Shown: in pieces, positions 1 to 12,250 of the stretch
Numbering within the stretch: position 1 is the stretch's first letter
Layout: each line of letters starts with the position of its first letter
Origin: Octopus vulgaris
Taxonomy: Eukaryota
NCBI GenBank assembly: GCA_951406725.2
Contig: OX597816.1
Coordinates: 114,886,001 to 114,950,000, forward strand
Reading direction: 5' to 3'
DNA length: 64,000 bases
The notes under the pieces: model-generated
Told to the model about the DNA's origin: nothing
Database searches by the model: none
Seen by the model: only the letters and a program-made list of their open reading frames with translations
Translations under genes and position numbers: made by a program

Positions 1-458
1 GCCGCCACTGTCTCTATTACTGGTCCCAAATGATACACAGACACACTGCTGGTTTTATTGGAACAAATGACCTATACTGGCTTCATCAGCCACTTAGTGG
101 TCAATGAAACAGGACAGTGGCTATCATCACAAGGACAATTTACCACAATTTTCTATGTAATCAGTGTTAACCACATAAGAAGCTGCTCCCTTTTAATCTC
201 TTACTCCCTCTATATCCTCTAACCCCTGATCAGTTTAAGTGATTCCCTTCCCACATTCCCCACATTTTCTTTTCCCTCCATTTGTGCTCCTCTCCTCTCT
301 GTTTCCCTCTATTATTTTTCATCCTCTTGATGCTGTAATATATGCTTAACTCTCTGATATTCTGTGTGATTATCTAACTTTCTTCCTTTGCCTCTCTTTT
401 GCAACTCTCTTTGGATTAATGTTCTTTCCTCTGCTTCAAGTTAATTCTATCTCTCTCT

Positions 459-464
<6 letters not shown>

Positions 465-528
<64 letters not shown>

Positions 529-533
529 GTCTG

Positions 534-607
<74 letters not shown>

Positions 608-625
608 AATCTATCTATCTATCTA
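465..625. repeat. (CT)n + (TATC)n microsatellite
   Basis: Directly visible pure repeats. Confidence 0.97.
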
Positions 626-923
626 TCATTTGTAATTGTCCCCTCTGTGTCCAGCCCTGTGTGGCCAATAAAGAAAGTCATCTATCTATCTATCTGTCTG
701 TCTGTTTGTCTGCCTGTCTATTTATCTGTCTGTCTGTCTATGTATATATCTATTTATCTATGTCTGTCTGTCTCTCTCTCTACCTATCTATCTATTTATT
801 CTCCATCCATCCCTCCTTCATCCATCTAACCATTCATACACATAAATATATGAATACACACCCACACACACTCTCTCTCTCACACACACTCTCTCTCACA
901 CACACACATACACACACACACAC

Positions 924-1198
924 AAAAGAACACAAGTGTGATTCAAAATTTATAACAGCTGTTTCAGTAGTATTTTATTGATGTGTGCTTAGATTACATC
1001 ACAGCAAAAACCTACCATCGTCAGGTAAATCTTAAATTTATAAACAGGTAAAGTAGAAATATGAGATGACCAGTTCACCATAGTATTTGATGAACTGGTC
1101 ATTTCCTATTTCTATCTTGATATAATCTAAGAATGCATCAATAAAATGCTACTGAAACAGCTGTTGTATATTTTGAACCCCTCTTGAGTTTTTCTTTT
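924..1198. repeat. Imperfect fold-back inverted repeat containing GAAACAGCTGT
   Basis: 942-1001 is the reverse complement of ~1118-1177; inner arms 1054-1080/1088-1114 match 24/27 with a 7-nt loop. Confidence 0.85.
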
Positions 1199-1318
1199 AT
1201 ACCTATGTAAAACTTAGAACCATCCCTGGGCTGGCTGTACAGTTTAAACTGGATGAAGTTGCTATCCTCCTCCTCCTCCTCCTCCTCCTCCTCCTCCTCC
1301 TCCTCCTCCTCCTCCTCC

Positions 1319-1320
<2 letters not shown>

Positions 1321-1349
<29 letters not shown>

Positions 1350-1516
1350 TTAACGTCCGTTTTCCATGCTGGCATGGGTTGGACGGTTTGACTGGGGTCT
1401 GGGAAGCCAGAAGGCTGCACCAGGCCCCAATCTTGATCTGGCAGTGTTTCTACAGCTGGATGCCCTTCCTAACACCAACCATTGCGTGAGTGTAGTGGGT
1501 GCTTTTTACATGCCAC
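1321..1516 (-). mobile_element. RTE-clade LINE 3' end with (GAT)n tail
   Basis: Same sequence as the 3' UTR of the RTE ORF-bearing copy at 16401-17468. Confidence 0.8.
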
Positions 1517-1670
1517 TGTGCAGCATCTTGGGTAAGTGTCTTCTACTATAGCCCCTTGACAACCAAAGCCTTGTGAGTGGATTTTGTTGATGGTAACTAA
1601 AAGAAGCCTGTTGTGCACACATACATACTCACATATATGTATGTATACACACACACACACACACACACAT

Positions 1671-3224
1671 ATTAAGTTGGCAAGGAAGTAATTTCGGCTT
1701 TTTAGTGTGAAATAAAAGTAATTTTTTTGTACAAAGAATGAACTTTAATCAATTATATGCTTTCCAATTTGTTTGATGACCTTTTGCCATCTTTCTGGCA
1801 ACTTCATGATTCCATGCTTATAGAACTTCTGGTCATCGTTATTATTGAAAGTTTTACCATTCAAAGAATTTTGCAAACTTCGAAGTAAATGATAATCTGA
1901 TGGTGCAAGGTCAGGGTTATATGGTGGATGTGACATCACTTCCCAACCAAGCTCCAATAATTTTTCACAAGTTAACAAAGACGTGTGTGGTCTAGCATTC
2001 TCATGGTGGAACATGATTCCTTTACAATTTTCCAATTCTGACTGTTTTTTTTTTTTATTGCTACCTCTAGTTTCATTACTTATTGACAGTAAACATCTGA
2101 ATTGATCATTTGGTTCCTTGGAAGTAGTCCAAAATACTAAACGCCTTTGTAATCCCACCAAATTGACAGCATGAACTTCTTTGATGCAATTCAGCTTTCG
2201 ATGTGGATTGTGTTGGTTCATTACACTTGGACCACGATCGTTTTCAATTGATGTTATTGTTATTTGTTCCTTCTCAAGCCACACCTGGCTCATAGGGCCG
2301 GTTTTCCAGTTTCCTTGGTGTATAGGTTCCCCATGTGGACGGAACGCCGGTCCGTCACAGGTGAGCTGCAAGATGCAGGAGGAACGAGTGAGAAAAAGTT
2401 GTGGTGAAAGAATCAGCAGAAATTCGCCATTACCTTCTGCCAGAGCCACGTGGAGCTTAGGTGTTTCGCTCATAAACACACACATCACTCGGTCTGAGAT
2501 TCAAACCCGCGATCCCTTGACTGTGAGTCCGCTACTCTAACCATTAGGCCATGTGCCTCCACGATATTATTGTAGACAATCCATTTTTCATCATCAGTGA
2601 TGATTCATTTCAAGTAAAGGTCAATTTCATTGCATTTGAGATGCTTATCACAAATATTGATTCATTGTGTTAAGTGAATCTCTTTCAATTTATCTGGAAC
2701 CCAAACATCAAGCTTCTTAACAAGTTCAAGACATTTTAAGTGATTTTCAGTTGTTGTATGTGATACATTTAACCCCTCTGCAATTTCTTGCACAGTTATA
2801 TGACAATCAAATTCAATTATAGCTTTGATTTGGTCATCATCAGCTTCAGTAGGTCAACCAGAACATTGGTCATCTTGGAGTGAAAAATCTCCAAAACAAA
2901 ATTTTTGAAACCCTTTCTGACATGTGCATTCTGTTAAGCAATCAAATCCATAAACTTCACTTATCTCTTTGTGAGCCTCAGCAGCTTTCTTGACTTGGCG
3001 GAGATAAAATAAAAAGCAAAACATGGCGAAAATGTTCGTTTTGCACTCCATGTTAAAATTGACACTGAACTAACAGTTGTAAACAAAATTACATGCAATT
3101 TGCTTCTAAGGTAAGCTGAAAGTAACTGCTGTCAAATGTCAAATGGAAAAAATCATAACATTGACAAAAGTCATTAAAAAAAATGTAACTATCTATTTGT
3201 GAAAACGAAATTACTTTCTTGCCA

Positions 3225-3229
<5 letters not shown>
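1671..3229 (-). mobile_element. Decayed full-length mariner (mellifera-like) transposon, transposase pseudogene interrupted by a SINE
   Basis: TIRs TTAAGTTGGCAAGGAAGTAATTTCG / CGAAATTACTTTCTTGCCAACCCTA in TA context; motifs TDDEKWIVYNN, HENARPH, YNPDLAPSDYHL; N-terminal HTH remnant at 2854-3051. Confidence 0.92.
2261..2562 (-). mobile_element. tRNA-derived SINE inserted into the mariner
   Basis: Head GTGGAGGCACATGGCCTAATGGTTAGAG with B box GGTTTGAATCTC; TSD GATGTTATTGT (2250-2260) / GATATTATTGT (2563-2573). Confidence 0.85.
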
Positions 3230-3290
<61 letters not shown>

Positions 3291-3559
3291 CATATATCTA
3301 TGTGTGTGTGTCTTTGTGTTTGTTTGTCCCCCCATCACCGCTTGACAACTGGTGTTGGTGTGTTTACATCCCTTAACCTAATAATTTGGCATAAAACAGA
3401 AGAAAGTACTTATGTTATTATACATAATATCAGAAAATTATAAAAAAATTAAGCATGAAAATGAGATTATGTTGGAATTTCATTGATTAATATACTTACC
3501 TGTACGTACATACATGCGCGCACACACACACACACATATTGTATGTTCTTTGTGGGACA

Positions 3560-4260
3560 AGCCCACTGTAGTTCAGGCTTCTGCCACTAGAAGTCACTTG
3601 GTGCGACCTTTAGACATCAGTCTGCCAACCAGCATTGTCAAGTTAAGTCGTACTGCCACATGGTGCATCTTTGTCTTGCAGTAGTTCTCCCCTGTTTATC
3701 AATATTTTCGATGGCTAAAATGGAAAAGACAATGCTGGTTTGTATCATTGATGTGAAAGGAATTGCCCACACAGAATTTATCCCTCCTGGTCAAACTGTT
3801 AACCAGACATTTTACTTGGCAGTTCTGAAGCATTTGCAGGATGTGGTGAGACAAAAACCTCTGGCAAAGTGGTGAGAGGTGGTGTATTCACGACAATGCA
3901 CCCACTCACACCGTCTTGAGTGTGAGGCATCTTTTATAAAAAATGGCATGACCCTAGTTATCCAACCTCCCTGTTCACCTTATCTTGCCCCCTACAATTT
4001 CTTTTTGTTCCCCTGAATCAAAAATGTTCTTAAAGGAAAACGTTTTGCAAATGTGGATGAGGTGAAGAAAAATATGATGGAGGTGTTAAAAGACATCACA
4101 TCCACTTCACTTCAGACAGTGGTAAATACATCTGGATCTATGCGTTGCTTCAACTGGAGAATACTTTGGAGGGGTTCAATATGTAACCATGTAAATCAAA
4201 GTGCATGAAATAAAATTGCAAAATTCCAGTTTCTTTTGGATCTTTTGAGTACCCCTCATA
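3560..4260 (+). mobile_element. Internally deleted mariner (irritans-like) transposase remnant
   Basis: KTMLVCIIDVKGIAHTEFIPPGQTVNQTFY, HDNAPTH, PPCSPYLAPYNFFLFP, LKGKRF; ends GAGTACCCCTCA-TA. Left boundary uncertain. Confidence 0.85.
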
Positions 4261-4266
4261 TATATA

Positions 4267-4475
4267 GGTGCAAGCATGGCTGTGTGGTAAGAAACTTACC
4301 TCCCAACTACATGGTTCTGGGTTCAGTCCCATTGTGTAGCACCTTGGGCAAGTGTCTTCTACTATAGTCTCGGGCTGACCAAAGATTTGTGAGTGGATTT
4401 GGTAGACAGAAACTGAAAGAAGTCCAACATATATATATATATGTTTGTGTGTGTATATATATATATATATGTGTT

Positions 4476-4506
<31 letters not shown>

Positions 4507-4712
4507 GTTTGTGTGTCTGTGTTTGTACCCCACCATCTCTTGATAACTGTTGCTGGTGTGTTTACGTTGCCATAACTTAGCTGTTCGACAAAAGAGAACG
4601 ATAGAATAAGTACTAGTCTTACAAAGAATAAGTCCTGAGGTCGAGTTGTTCGACTAAAAAGGTGGTGCTCCAGCATGGCTGCAGTCAAATGACTGAAACA
4701 AGTAAAGAAAAA
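4267..4712 (+). mobile_element. SINE family A (tRNA-like head, internal TA/TG microsatellite, CR1-like tail)
   Basis: Head TGGCTGTGTGGTAAG...GGTTCAGTCCC; tail GGTGCTCCAGCATGGC..CAGTCAAATGACTGAAACAAG; more than 20 full or partial copies in window. Confidence 0.9.
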
Positions 4713-5334
4713 AAAATATATATATTTAAAGCAGATGATGATCAATCTTCAATAAGCGTGTAAACATTTTAACATGATAAAACATTTGTAAACAAGTAGA
4801 TGACAATGTCAAATGAAACAAAGCTGTAATGATGCTAGTATAGGAAGTACAGCAAAGCCATGGAATGTATAATGATGTAACAGTCAAATAACAGTTTGAA
4901 GGTAGAAGATAGGTGAGCAGAATAACAAATGAAACACCTTTAACCCATTGGCTGATAGTAATTGGTTTGTTAGTTTTTGCTTCATATGCTTGTTTAATAT
5001 GAAAGGAAATGCTATCTTGACATACTAATCAAGCTGGCATTGATGTGTTTAAAACGTGCTGGTTGGTGTTGTTGTTGGGGGTAGGATGGCAGTTAGTCTC
5101 TAAGATGACAGTTGAAGTGCTATATAAACTTCTGAACTTGTAGATGGCAATTTTTAGAAAATTTTAAAAGCAACATGGGTGGTAAGTCTGCAATGGTATT
5201 TAAAAAAAAAATACCAATAACATTGAATGCCCATTATCCTGTAAAGGAATGATGTAAGAACTTACAGACATGTAAAAGGTCTGGCAGCAGCAAAACAATG
5301 TTGGTTTGATGCAAGACTCTGTCCATATTCCTTT

Positions 5335-5683
5335 ATTCTTTTATTCTTTTACTTGTTTTAGTCATTTGACTGTGGCCATGCTGGAGCACTGCCTTGAAGG
5401 GTTTTTAATCAAACAAAATCGATCCTGGGACTTATTCTATCAGTCTCTTTTGCTGAACCGCTATGTTCTGGGGACATAAACACACAAACACTGGTTGTCA
5501 AGTGGTGGTGGTGGGGACAAACACAAACACACACATACACATACATATATACACATATACATACATATGTTTATACACACACACGTGCGCGCGTGCACAC
5601 ACACACACACATAATGGGTTTATGTCAGTTTCTGTCTACCAAATCCAAATCCACTACAAGGATTTTGTGGGTCCCAGGTTATA
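5335..5683 (-). mobile_element. SINE family A, partial
   Basis: Reverse-complement match to 4267-4712. Confidence 0.8.
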
Positions 5684-5743
5684 GTACTGCTCTACTGCTC
5701 TAATGTTTAAGAGTGTTCTTTTTTTAGATATATGAACTACTGA

Positions 5744-5790
<47 letters not shown>

Positions 5791-5793
<3 letters not shown>

Positions 5794-5912
5794 CATGTGA
5801 TCACGTGACCGACCAGGCTATTAGATGTTGCTACACATCGCTGGTTACAACACGCTTCGCATTGTTTTACCCTTCAAATGATGCCACTCCGCTGGCTAAG
5901 CGAGCAGGCCAA
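5791..5912. repeat. Short CpG-retaining insert between two (TA)n tracts, probable retroposon 3' tail
   Basis: Composition differs sharply from flanking TA; single copy here, so family not confirmed. Confidence 0.45.
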
Positions 5913-5926
5913 TATATATGTGTGTG

Positions 5927-6005
<79 letters not shown>

Positions 6006-6007
<2 letters not shown>

Positions 6008-6195
6008 GGAGAGTTTATGAGAAAAACAAAAGACGAAGACAGGTGGTGTACAAAACAAACAGATGTATTAGTATAACGCTGAGGAATAGAAAAAGTCTTT
6101 TACATTTCAAGCCTACACCCTTCTACAGAAAGGGACACAGAAAAAACAAGGAGAGAAAGAAATGTGTGTAGTGGCTAACGATCTATCATGGCGAT
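6006..6195 (-). mobile_element. Penelope-like short repeat, family P2, with variant hammerhead motif
   Basis: Homologous to 52424-52612; minus strand CTTT-CTGTAGA-AGGGTGTAGGCTT-GAAATGTA-AAAG; TA-tract flanks. Confidence 0.6.
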
Positions 6196-6429
6196 ATGTA
6201 TATGTATATATATATATTGATCACTTGCAGGAATCATTAGAATCTCGGTATATCAACATGTAAAGCATCAGGATTACCTGGGTACTTAGTATTGAGCCTA
6301 TAGTGTATTGAAGCAACTCTTAGTTGTCATTTGTTTGTAGTATACTGCATATAGGTATACACACACACACACACACACATACACACACACTCACACAAAT
6401 ATACACATCTACCTGTATATAAATATGAT

Positions 6430-7232
6430 TTTAAATTCAGTAAAGTTTGATTTTTGCCTTTCTTTCCTCTTTGGGGGACAATAATATAAGTAACAGCTTA
6501 ATACTGATCCCTCTCTAAAAATTTCAGGCCTTGTAACTGTTGTAGGAGGGATTATTAAAAGGCAGCAAGCTGGCAGAATTGTTATAGCATGCAGGATGAA
6601 ATGTTTAGCAGTATTTCACCTGTCATTACATTCTGAGTTCAAATTCCACTGAAGTTGACTTTGCCTTTCATCCCTTTTGGGGTTGATGTAAAAAGAACCA
6701 GTCAAGTACTGGGGTTGCTGTAATCAACTATCTCCCTTCCCCAATTTCAGGCCTCGTGCCTCTAGAAGAAAGAATTATTATTGAGCTGGCACAATCATTA
6801 GGATGCCGGGCAAAATGTTTAGCTGCATTTCATCTGCTACTACGTTCTGATTTCAAATTCTGTCAAGGTTGACTTTTCCTTTCATCCTTTTGGGGTCGAT
6901 AAATTAAGTACCTGTTGACTACTGGGGTTCTATGTAACTGACTTACCCTGTCCCACAAAATTCCAGGCCTTGTGCTTTTAGGAGAAAGGATTATTATTAT
7001 TATTATGATTATTATTAAGGCAAGGAGCTAGCAGAACTTTTAATATGCTGGATAAAATGATTGGAGGTATTTTGTCCGTATAGATATTCTGAGTTCAATT
7101 TCTAGAGTTAGTTTAACTTTGTCTTTCATCCTTTTTGGGGTTGATAAAGTAAGTACCAGTTGTGCACAGGGGTTGATGTAATTGACTTACCCATCCCCTG
7201 AAATGCTGGCCTTGTACCAAAATTTGGAACCA
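6430..7232 (+). mobile_element. Head-to-tail array of SINE family B (Nin-domain-like), three full copies plus one partial
   Basis: Repeated AGCTGGCAGAAT..GTTCAAATTC..GTTGACTTTGCCTTTCATCC..GGGGTCGATAAA..AGTACC units separated by (TTA)n. Confidence 0.85.
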
Positions 7233-7260
7233 TTGTTATTATTATTATTATTATTATTAT

Positions 7261-7820
7261 GGAGTGAGAGAACAGTACAAGCCATCAAAGTGACACTGGG
7301 GTAAAATATATGAAGCCCAGTATACACATCATGACTACCTGTCTGATAAGGGTACACAAGGCAGATGCATCACAACCATATGTGTGCAACATGGTGATCT
7401 CATACCAAGATTAATAGTGCATAACCTAGTAGGTGGAGCCCAGTTAGAATTTTCTTTAGGTTGGGTAGCCCATCTCGCTCAAAAGGTCCCTGAATACGAG
7501 TTGTTTAAGGATGTTGAATGAAACCCCCATGTTTCCAGAGGTGAATTATTCCAACTCCAAAGAATTCCTCTCGACACATGGTTATGATGTTCCCCTTCTA
7601 CTTCTGCTCATGATCAGAGATGCACATATCGTCAGCCACTAAGGGTCATGTTCAAATGGTTAAGGGCAAACAACTGACAAGCAAATCTGTGGTATTGAGC
7701 AGAATATTTGCTGTAGCCCATCTTTTATACCAAGGTAAAACAATGTACATGATAACACTTCCAATCAGTTAAGATGAAAAGCAATGAGAGCCACTGCCTA
7801 GTACTGCACCAGGGCATTTA
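7261..7820. mobile_element. Unclassified non-coding interspersed repeat embedded in (TTA)n
   Basis: Flanked by TTA tracts; left end recurs at ~20013-20062, also directly after (TTA)n. Confidence 0.6.
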
Positions 7821-7853
7821 TTATTATTATGATGATGATGATGATGATCATCA

Positions 7854-7893
<40 letters not shown>

Positions 7894-7897
<4 letters not shown>

Positions 7898-9513
7898 TAG
7901 TTTTATTTTTATTTTTATAGCGTGCTTTCACTTCACTACCGAGCACAGCTCTGTGTGCCTTGGGTTTGTGCTGTGATTTGTTGTGATGCTCTGATGGTTA
8001 TTGTATGGAAAGTGTTCTGCGTAGGATGTGTGCAGTGCCCAGTAGTGCAATTTTCTGTATGTTATATGTGTTTGTAAGTCCTGGTGTTTTTGTTATGTAT
8101 TTGTCTGAATATTTTTTTATCATGCCTAATGCACCTACTATGATAGGAATTGTTTCTGTTTTCAGATTCCACATTCTAGTTACCTCTATTTCCAGGTCTT
8201 TGTATTTTGAGAGTTTCTCCATTTCTTTTAGAGACACGTTGTCATCTGCCGGTACTGATACATCAATTAGAAAGCATTTTTTTTTCTTCATGGTCTCTGA
8301 CAACTATATCTGGTCTGTTGGCCTTAATTTCTCTATCTGTGTGTATCGGCATATCCCAGAGTATGGTTGCTTTCTCGTTTTCTGTGACCTTTTCTGGTGT
8401 GTGCCTATACCATCTTTTTTCTGTTGTTATTCCATAATGTTGGCATAGCTTCCAATGTATGTAAGTTCCAACTCTGTCATGTCTGTGAATATATTCCTTC
8501 TTAGCCAGGACTGGGCAGCTAGAGATAATATGATTTATTGTTTCTTGTCCATCTCCACATATTCTGCAGTTACTTGTAATATTTCTTTTCATTACATGTT
8601 TTTGGTAATTTCTGGTGGGGAGGCTTTGGTCTTGTGCTGCAATTAAAAATCCCTCTGTTTCTGCTTTGAGTCCTGAGCTTCTCAACCATTGCTGGGATTT
8701 TTCTTTGTCTATTTCTTTTTGCGTTTAGTTTAGTCCAGTATTTACCATGAAGGGGCTTTTCTTGCCATCGTTTTATCATGGTTCGTTGCTGTTCTATTTT
8801 TAGTTTGGATTTCATTTTTTTTATAGCTTTTGTTGTTTCTTCATCTTCTTCTTCTTCTTCTTCATGTTTATTAGGTGGTATGATTTCTTGTTTGTATTTG
8901 TCAGCTTCCTTAAATACTGAGAACAGTTTTTTGTTTTGCTCGTGTTTTGCCGCTATCTGGATCAGTTTTCCTTCCTTCTGAAGTAGATATTTTTGCAGTC
9001 CTATGGTGGTTATTTTATAGTAGTTTTCCAGCTGTATAAGGCCTCTACCACCTTCTATACGTTGTATATATAGTCTTTCTATGTCAGATTTTGGGTGATG
9101 CATCCTAGATCCTGTCATTATTTTTCTTGTTTTCCTGTCTATTTTGGTCAGTTCATTTCGTGTCCAGTTAAGGATATTGTAGCTGTAACTTATAACTGGG
9201 ACAGCTAAAGTGTTGATACCTATTATCTTGTTTTTAGCATTGAGCTCTGTGTTTAGTATTGATCTAACTCGTCTATAATATTCTTTTTTTATTTTCTCTT
9301 TCATTTGTGTGTGTTGTGTCTTATCTAGTTCATGGATTCCTAAGTATTTGTAAGTTTGGCTTTGGTCTAATTCTTTTATTTCATTTGCTTCATCTAGTGT
9401 GATGTTGTTACTCTTAACTAGTTTTCCTCTTTTCATGGTTACTTTGGCGCATTTTTCTAATCCAAATTTCATATCTATTTCTTTGGTAAATCCATGAACT
9501 GTCTTTAATAGTG

Positions 9514-9515
<2 letters not shown>
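7894..9515 (-). mobile_element. 5'-truncated R4/Dong-like non-LTR retrotransposon (RT C-terminus, CCHC knuckle, restriction-like endonuclease), two frameshifts
   Basis: MKFGLEKC, YKYLG, RLYIQRIEGGRGL, PLHGKY, AAQDQSL, CRICGDGQETINHIISSC, RHDRV, NRPDIVV..IDVSVP, KLSKYKDL; (TTA)n on both sides. Confidence 0.93.
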
Positions 9516-9578
<63 letters not shown>

Positions 9579-9885
9579 CATCATTATTATTAGAGTATAT
9601 TCAAACATGTAAACATATGCAAAGAAAGATGTCTATGTCAGCATGTATGCGTATTTATGACAGCTATTAGTAAATAAATGAGCAAAGAGAACGTAATTGG
9701 CTGATAACTATCAAATTATAGTTTTATAGTCATAGAACTAAACTTTACTGGTCTCACTGGGGTTTTATAAAACTATATATCTTACTGAATTAAAACATCT
9801 GTGTGAGAAATTACACTCACTCATGAACACACACACTCATACACACTCAAATATATGTGTGTGCACTTGTAATAATAATAATAAT

Positions 9886-9929
<44 letters not shown>

Positions 9930-10122
9930 GCAAACAGGCACAAATTTCTATAAAACTATACACCATTCATAGAATTATGGTGTCTGTAACTACATAAATC
10001 TATTCAGATTTAAGATAACAGATAATACACATACACACAGAGATGCACATACATACAAAACACTAATTTACTCATATATGCATACATTCAAACATGTGTG
10101 TATACAAACACACATATACATG

Positions 10123-10174
<52 letters not shown>

Positions 10175-10318
10175 CAAATACATACATACATATGTGTGTG
10201 TGTATATACATATGTATTATATGTATGTGTATATATAAGTGTATATACATATATGTGCATATACATGTGAGTGTGTGTATATATATATATATTAAACATA
10301 CATATATATACATATGCA

Positions 10319-10364
<46 letters not shown>

Positions 10365-11399
10365 TATATATGCATACATATATATATGTACATATATATA
10401 CACACACACAAAACACACTGTGTGTGTGTGTGTGCATGCGTGTGTGAGTATGTGTTTGTTTACATGTGGACACAGCACAGGAGAGTATATAGAGGCACTT
10501 AAAAGCATATGATGTACTTCAATACAACCGTCCAACACACACATGTACACACACACCACACAGACACACACAGACAGACAGACACACACATACCTATACA
10601 CATATTGTTACAAAATAGTATGTCTCTTACACAGATTAATGTTTAATGCCAGTGATAATATATGTAATATTTATTCCATGTAGACATACACATGTGTCAA
10701 ATACAGATATTATCACATATATTACTTAATGATACTCAGATATCAGTCTCACTTAACAGTTAAGTAATAATAAACAAACACACACACAGACTCACACACG
10801 CACACACACACACACACACACACATATGTTCATATATAATAAACATGCATACACAGATACATGTATACACACACATATATATATATATATATATACATAC
10901 ATATATATGTATATGCTAGCATGGAAAGCGGACGTTAAACGACGATGATGACGACGATGTATGTATGTATGTATGTATGTATGTATGTATGTATGTATGT
11001 ATGTATGTATGTATGTATGTATGTATGTATGTATGTATGTATGTATGTATTGTACGTATGTATATATGCATGTATGTATGTACATATGTGTATATATACA
11101 CATATATATGTGTGTGTGTGTATGTATACATTCAAAGAAAATTATTAAACAGTGTGGCCCACAAACATTTTTGCCAGTATACATATACAGTGAAGCGTTA
11201 CTATAGCATTGTATATCCTCGACTGCTCTTTCCAGTAAATATTGGTGCACTGGTGTACTACTATCCTATATTTATATGTATGTATGTATATATGCTGCAT
11301 ATATATATGTGTGTGTGTGTGCGTGTGTGTAACGAATATGCACATATGTCTTCAATAAGTATCAGTATCTCTATTAAATCAACGAGGGACCTCCAGCTG

Positions 11400-11620
11400 T
11401 TGACTGAGCTTCTAGTTGGACATTTGTTCTGTTAGAAATAGTAGCCAAATCTTCTTCAAACACTCACTGTCTTTGGAAAAAAAAGAAACTCATTGGATAA
11501 TATAAGTCTAATTTTCCTGCACATTTCTAACAACAAAGTTTTGTTACATTCTGAATAGCTTTGGTCTGAGGTCTGTCCAGTCAGGGCTGACCAAGTCTAA
11601 ATCTCAGTAACAGCAACAAC
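11400..11620 (+). repeat. Old diverged repeat family C (CTGCTAGAAATAGCAGCCAAAT...GGGGCTAAACAA type)
   Basis: Related diverged copies near 29150-29285, 33080-33265, 42560-42760, 42870-43060, 62905-63095. Confidence 0.6.
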
Positions 11621-11734
11621 CATCTTCACTACTTCATCACCCAACCACTTATGCCATCACCACCTTAACAACCTCACCATTAAACACACCACCTTCATCA
11701 TTTGAGCTCTCTAAGCAACAATCCTATCGTAGAT

Positions 11735-12250
11735 GTGAGTTCAAATTCCACCGAGGTCGAATTTGCCTTTCATCCTTTTGGGGTTGACAGATTAAGTACC
11801 AGTTGCATACTGGGATCTAATCAACTGTCCCCTCCCCCACTCCTCAAAAATTTCGGGCTTTGTGCCTAGAGTAGAAAAGAATACTTTCTTGGGATTTTAT
11901 GTTCTGAGTTCAAATTCTGCCGAGGTTGACTTAGTCTTTCATCCTTTTGGGGTTGATAAATTAAGTACCAGTTGCATACTGGGGGTCAATCTAATCGACT
12001 GGACCTCTCTCCAAAACTTTGGGTCATGTGCTTATAGTTGAAAAGAATACTTTCTCAGACTGCAAAATGCTTAGCAGTATTTTGTCTGTCTTCACATTCA
12101 TAGTTCAAATTCCGCCGAGGTCAACTTTGCCTTTCATCCTTTTAGGGGGGGGGGGGTGATAAAATAAGTACCAGTTATACACTGGGATCAATGTAATTGA
12201 CTTAACCCACCCCCAAAATTGTTGACCTTGTGCCAAAATTTGCAATCAGT
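11735..12250 (+). mobile_element. Tandem SINE family B, three 5'-truncated units
   Basis: GAGTTCAAATTC..GAGGTCGA..TTTCATCC..AAGTACCAGTT repeated three times. Confidence 0.85.

Noticed and set aside
1-300. Decayed GIY-YIG C-terminus or exon
   Set aside because: Stops in all plus frames and resemblance too faint
1745-2488. 247-aa ORF as an intact gene
   Set aside because: Chimera of inserted SINE and frameshifted mariner transposase
7430-7530. HDV-like ribozyme on the minus strand (CTAAC then a possible P2)
   Set aside because: Could not build a convincing P3/P1.1 by eye; needs a descriptor search
10068-11435. Many ORFs of [12 protein letters not shown] type here and throughout (for example 44914-45604)
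   Set aside because: Translations of stop-free microsatellites
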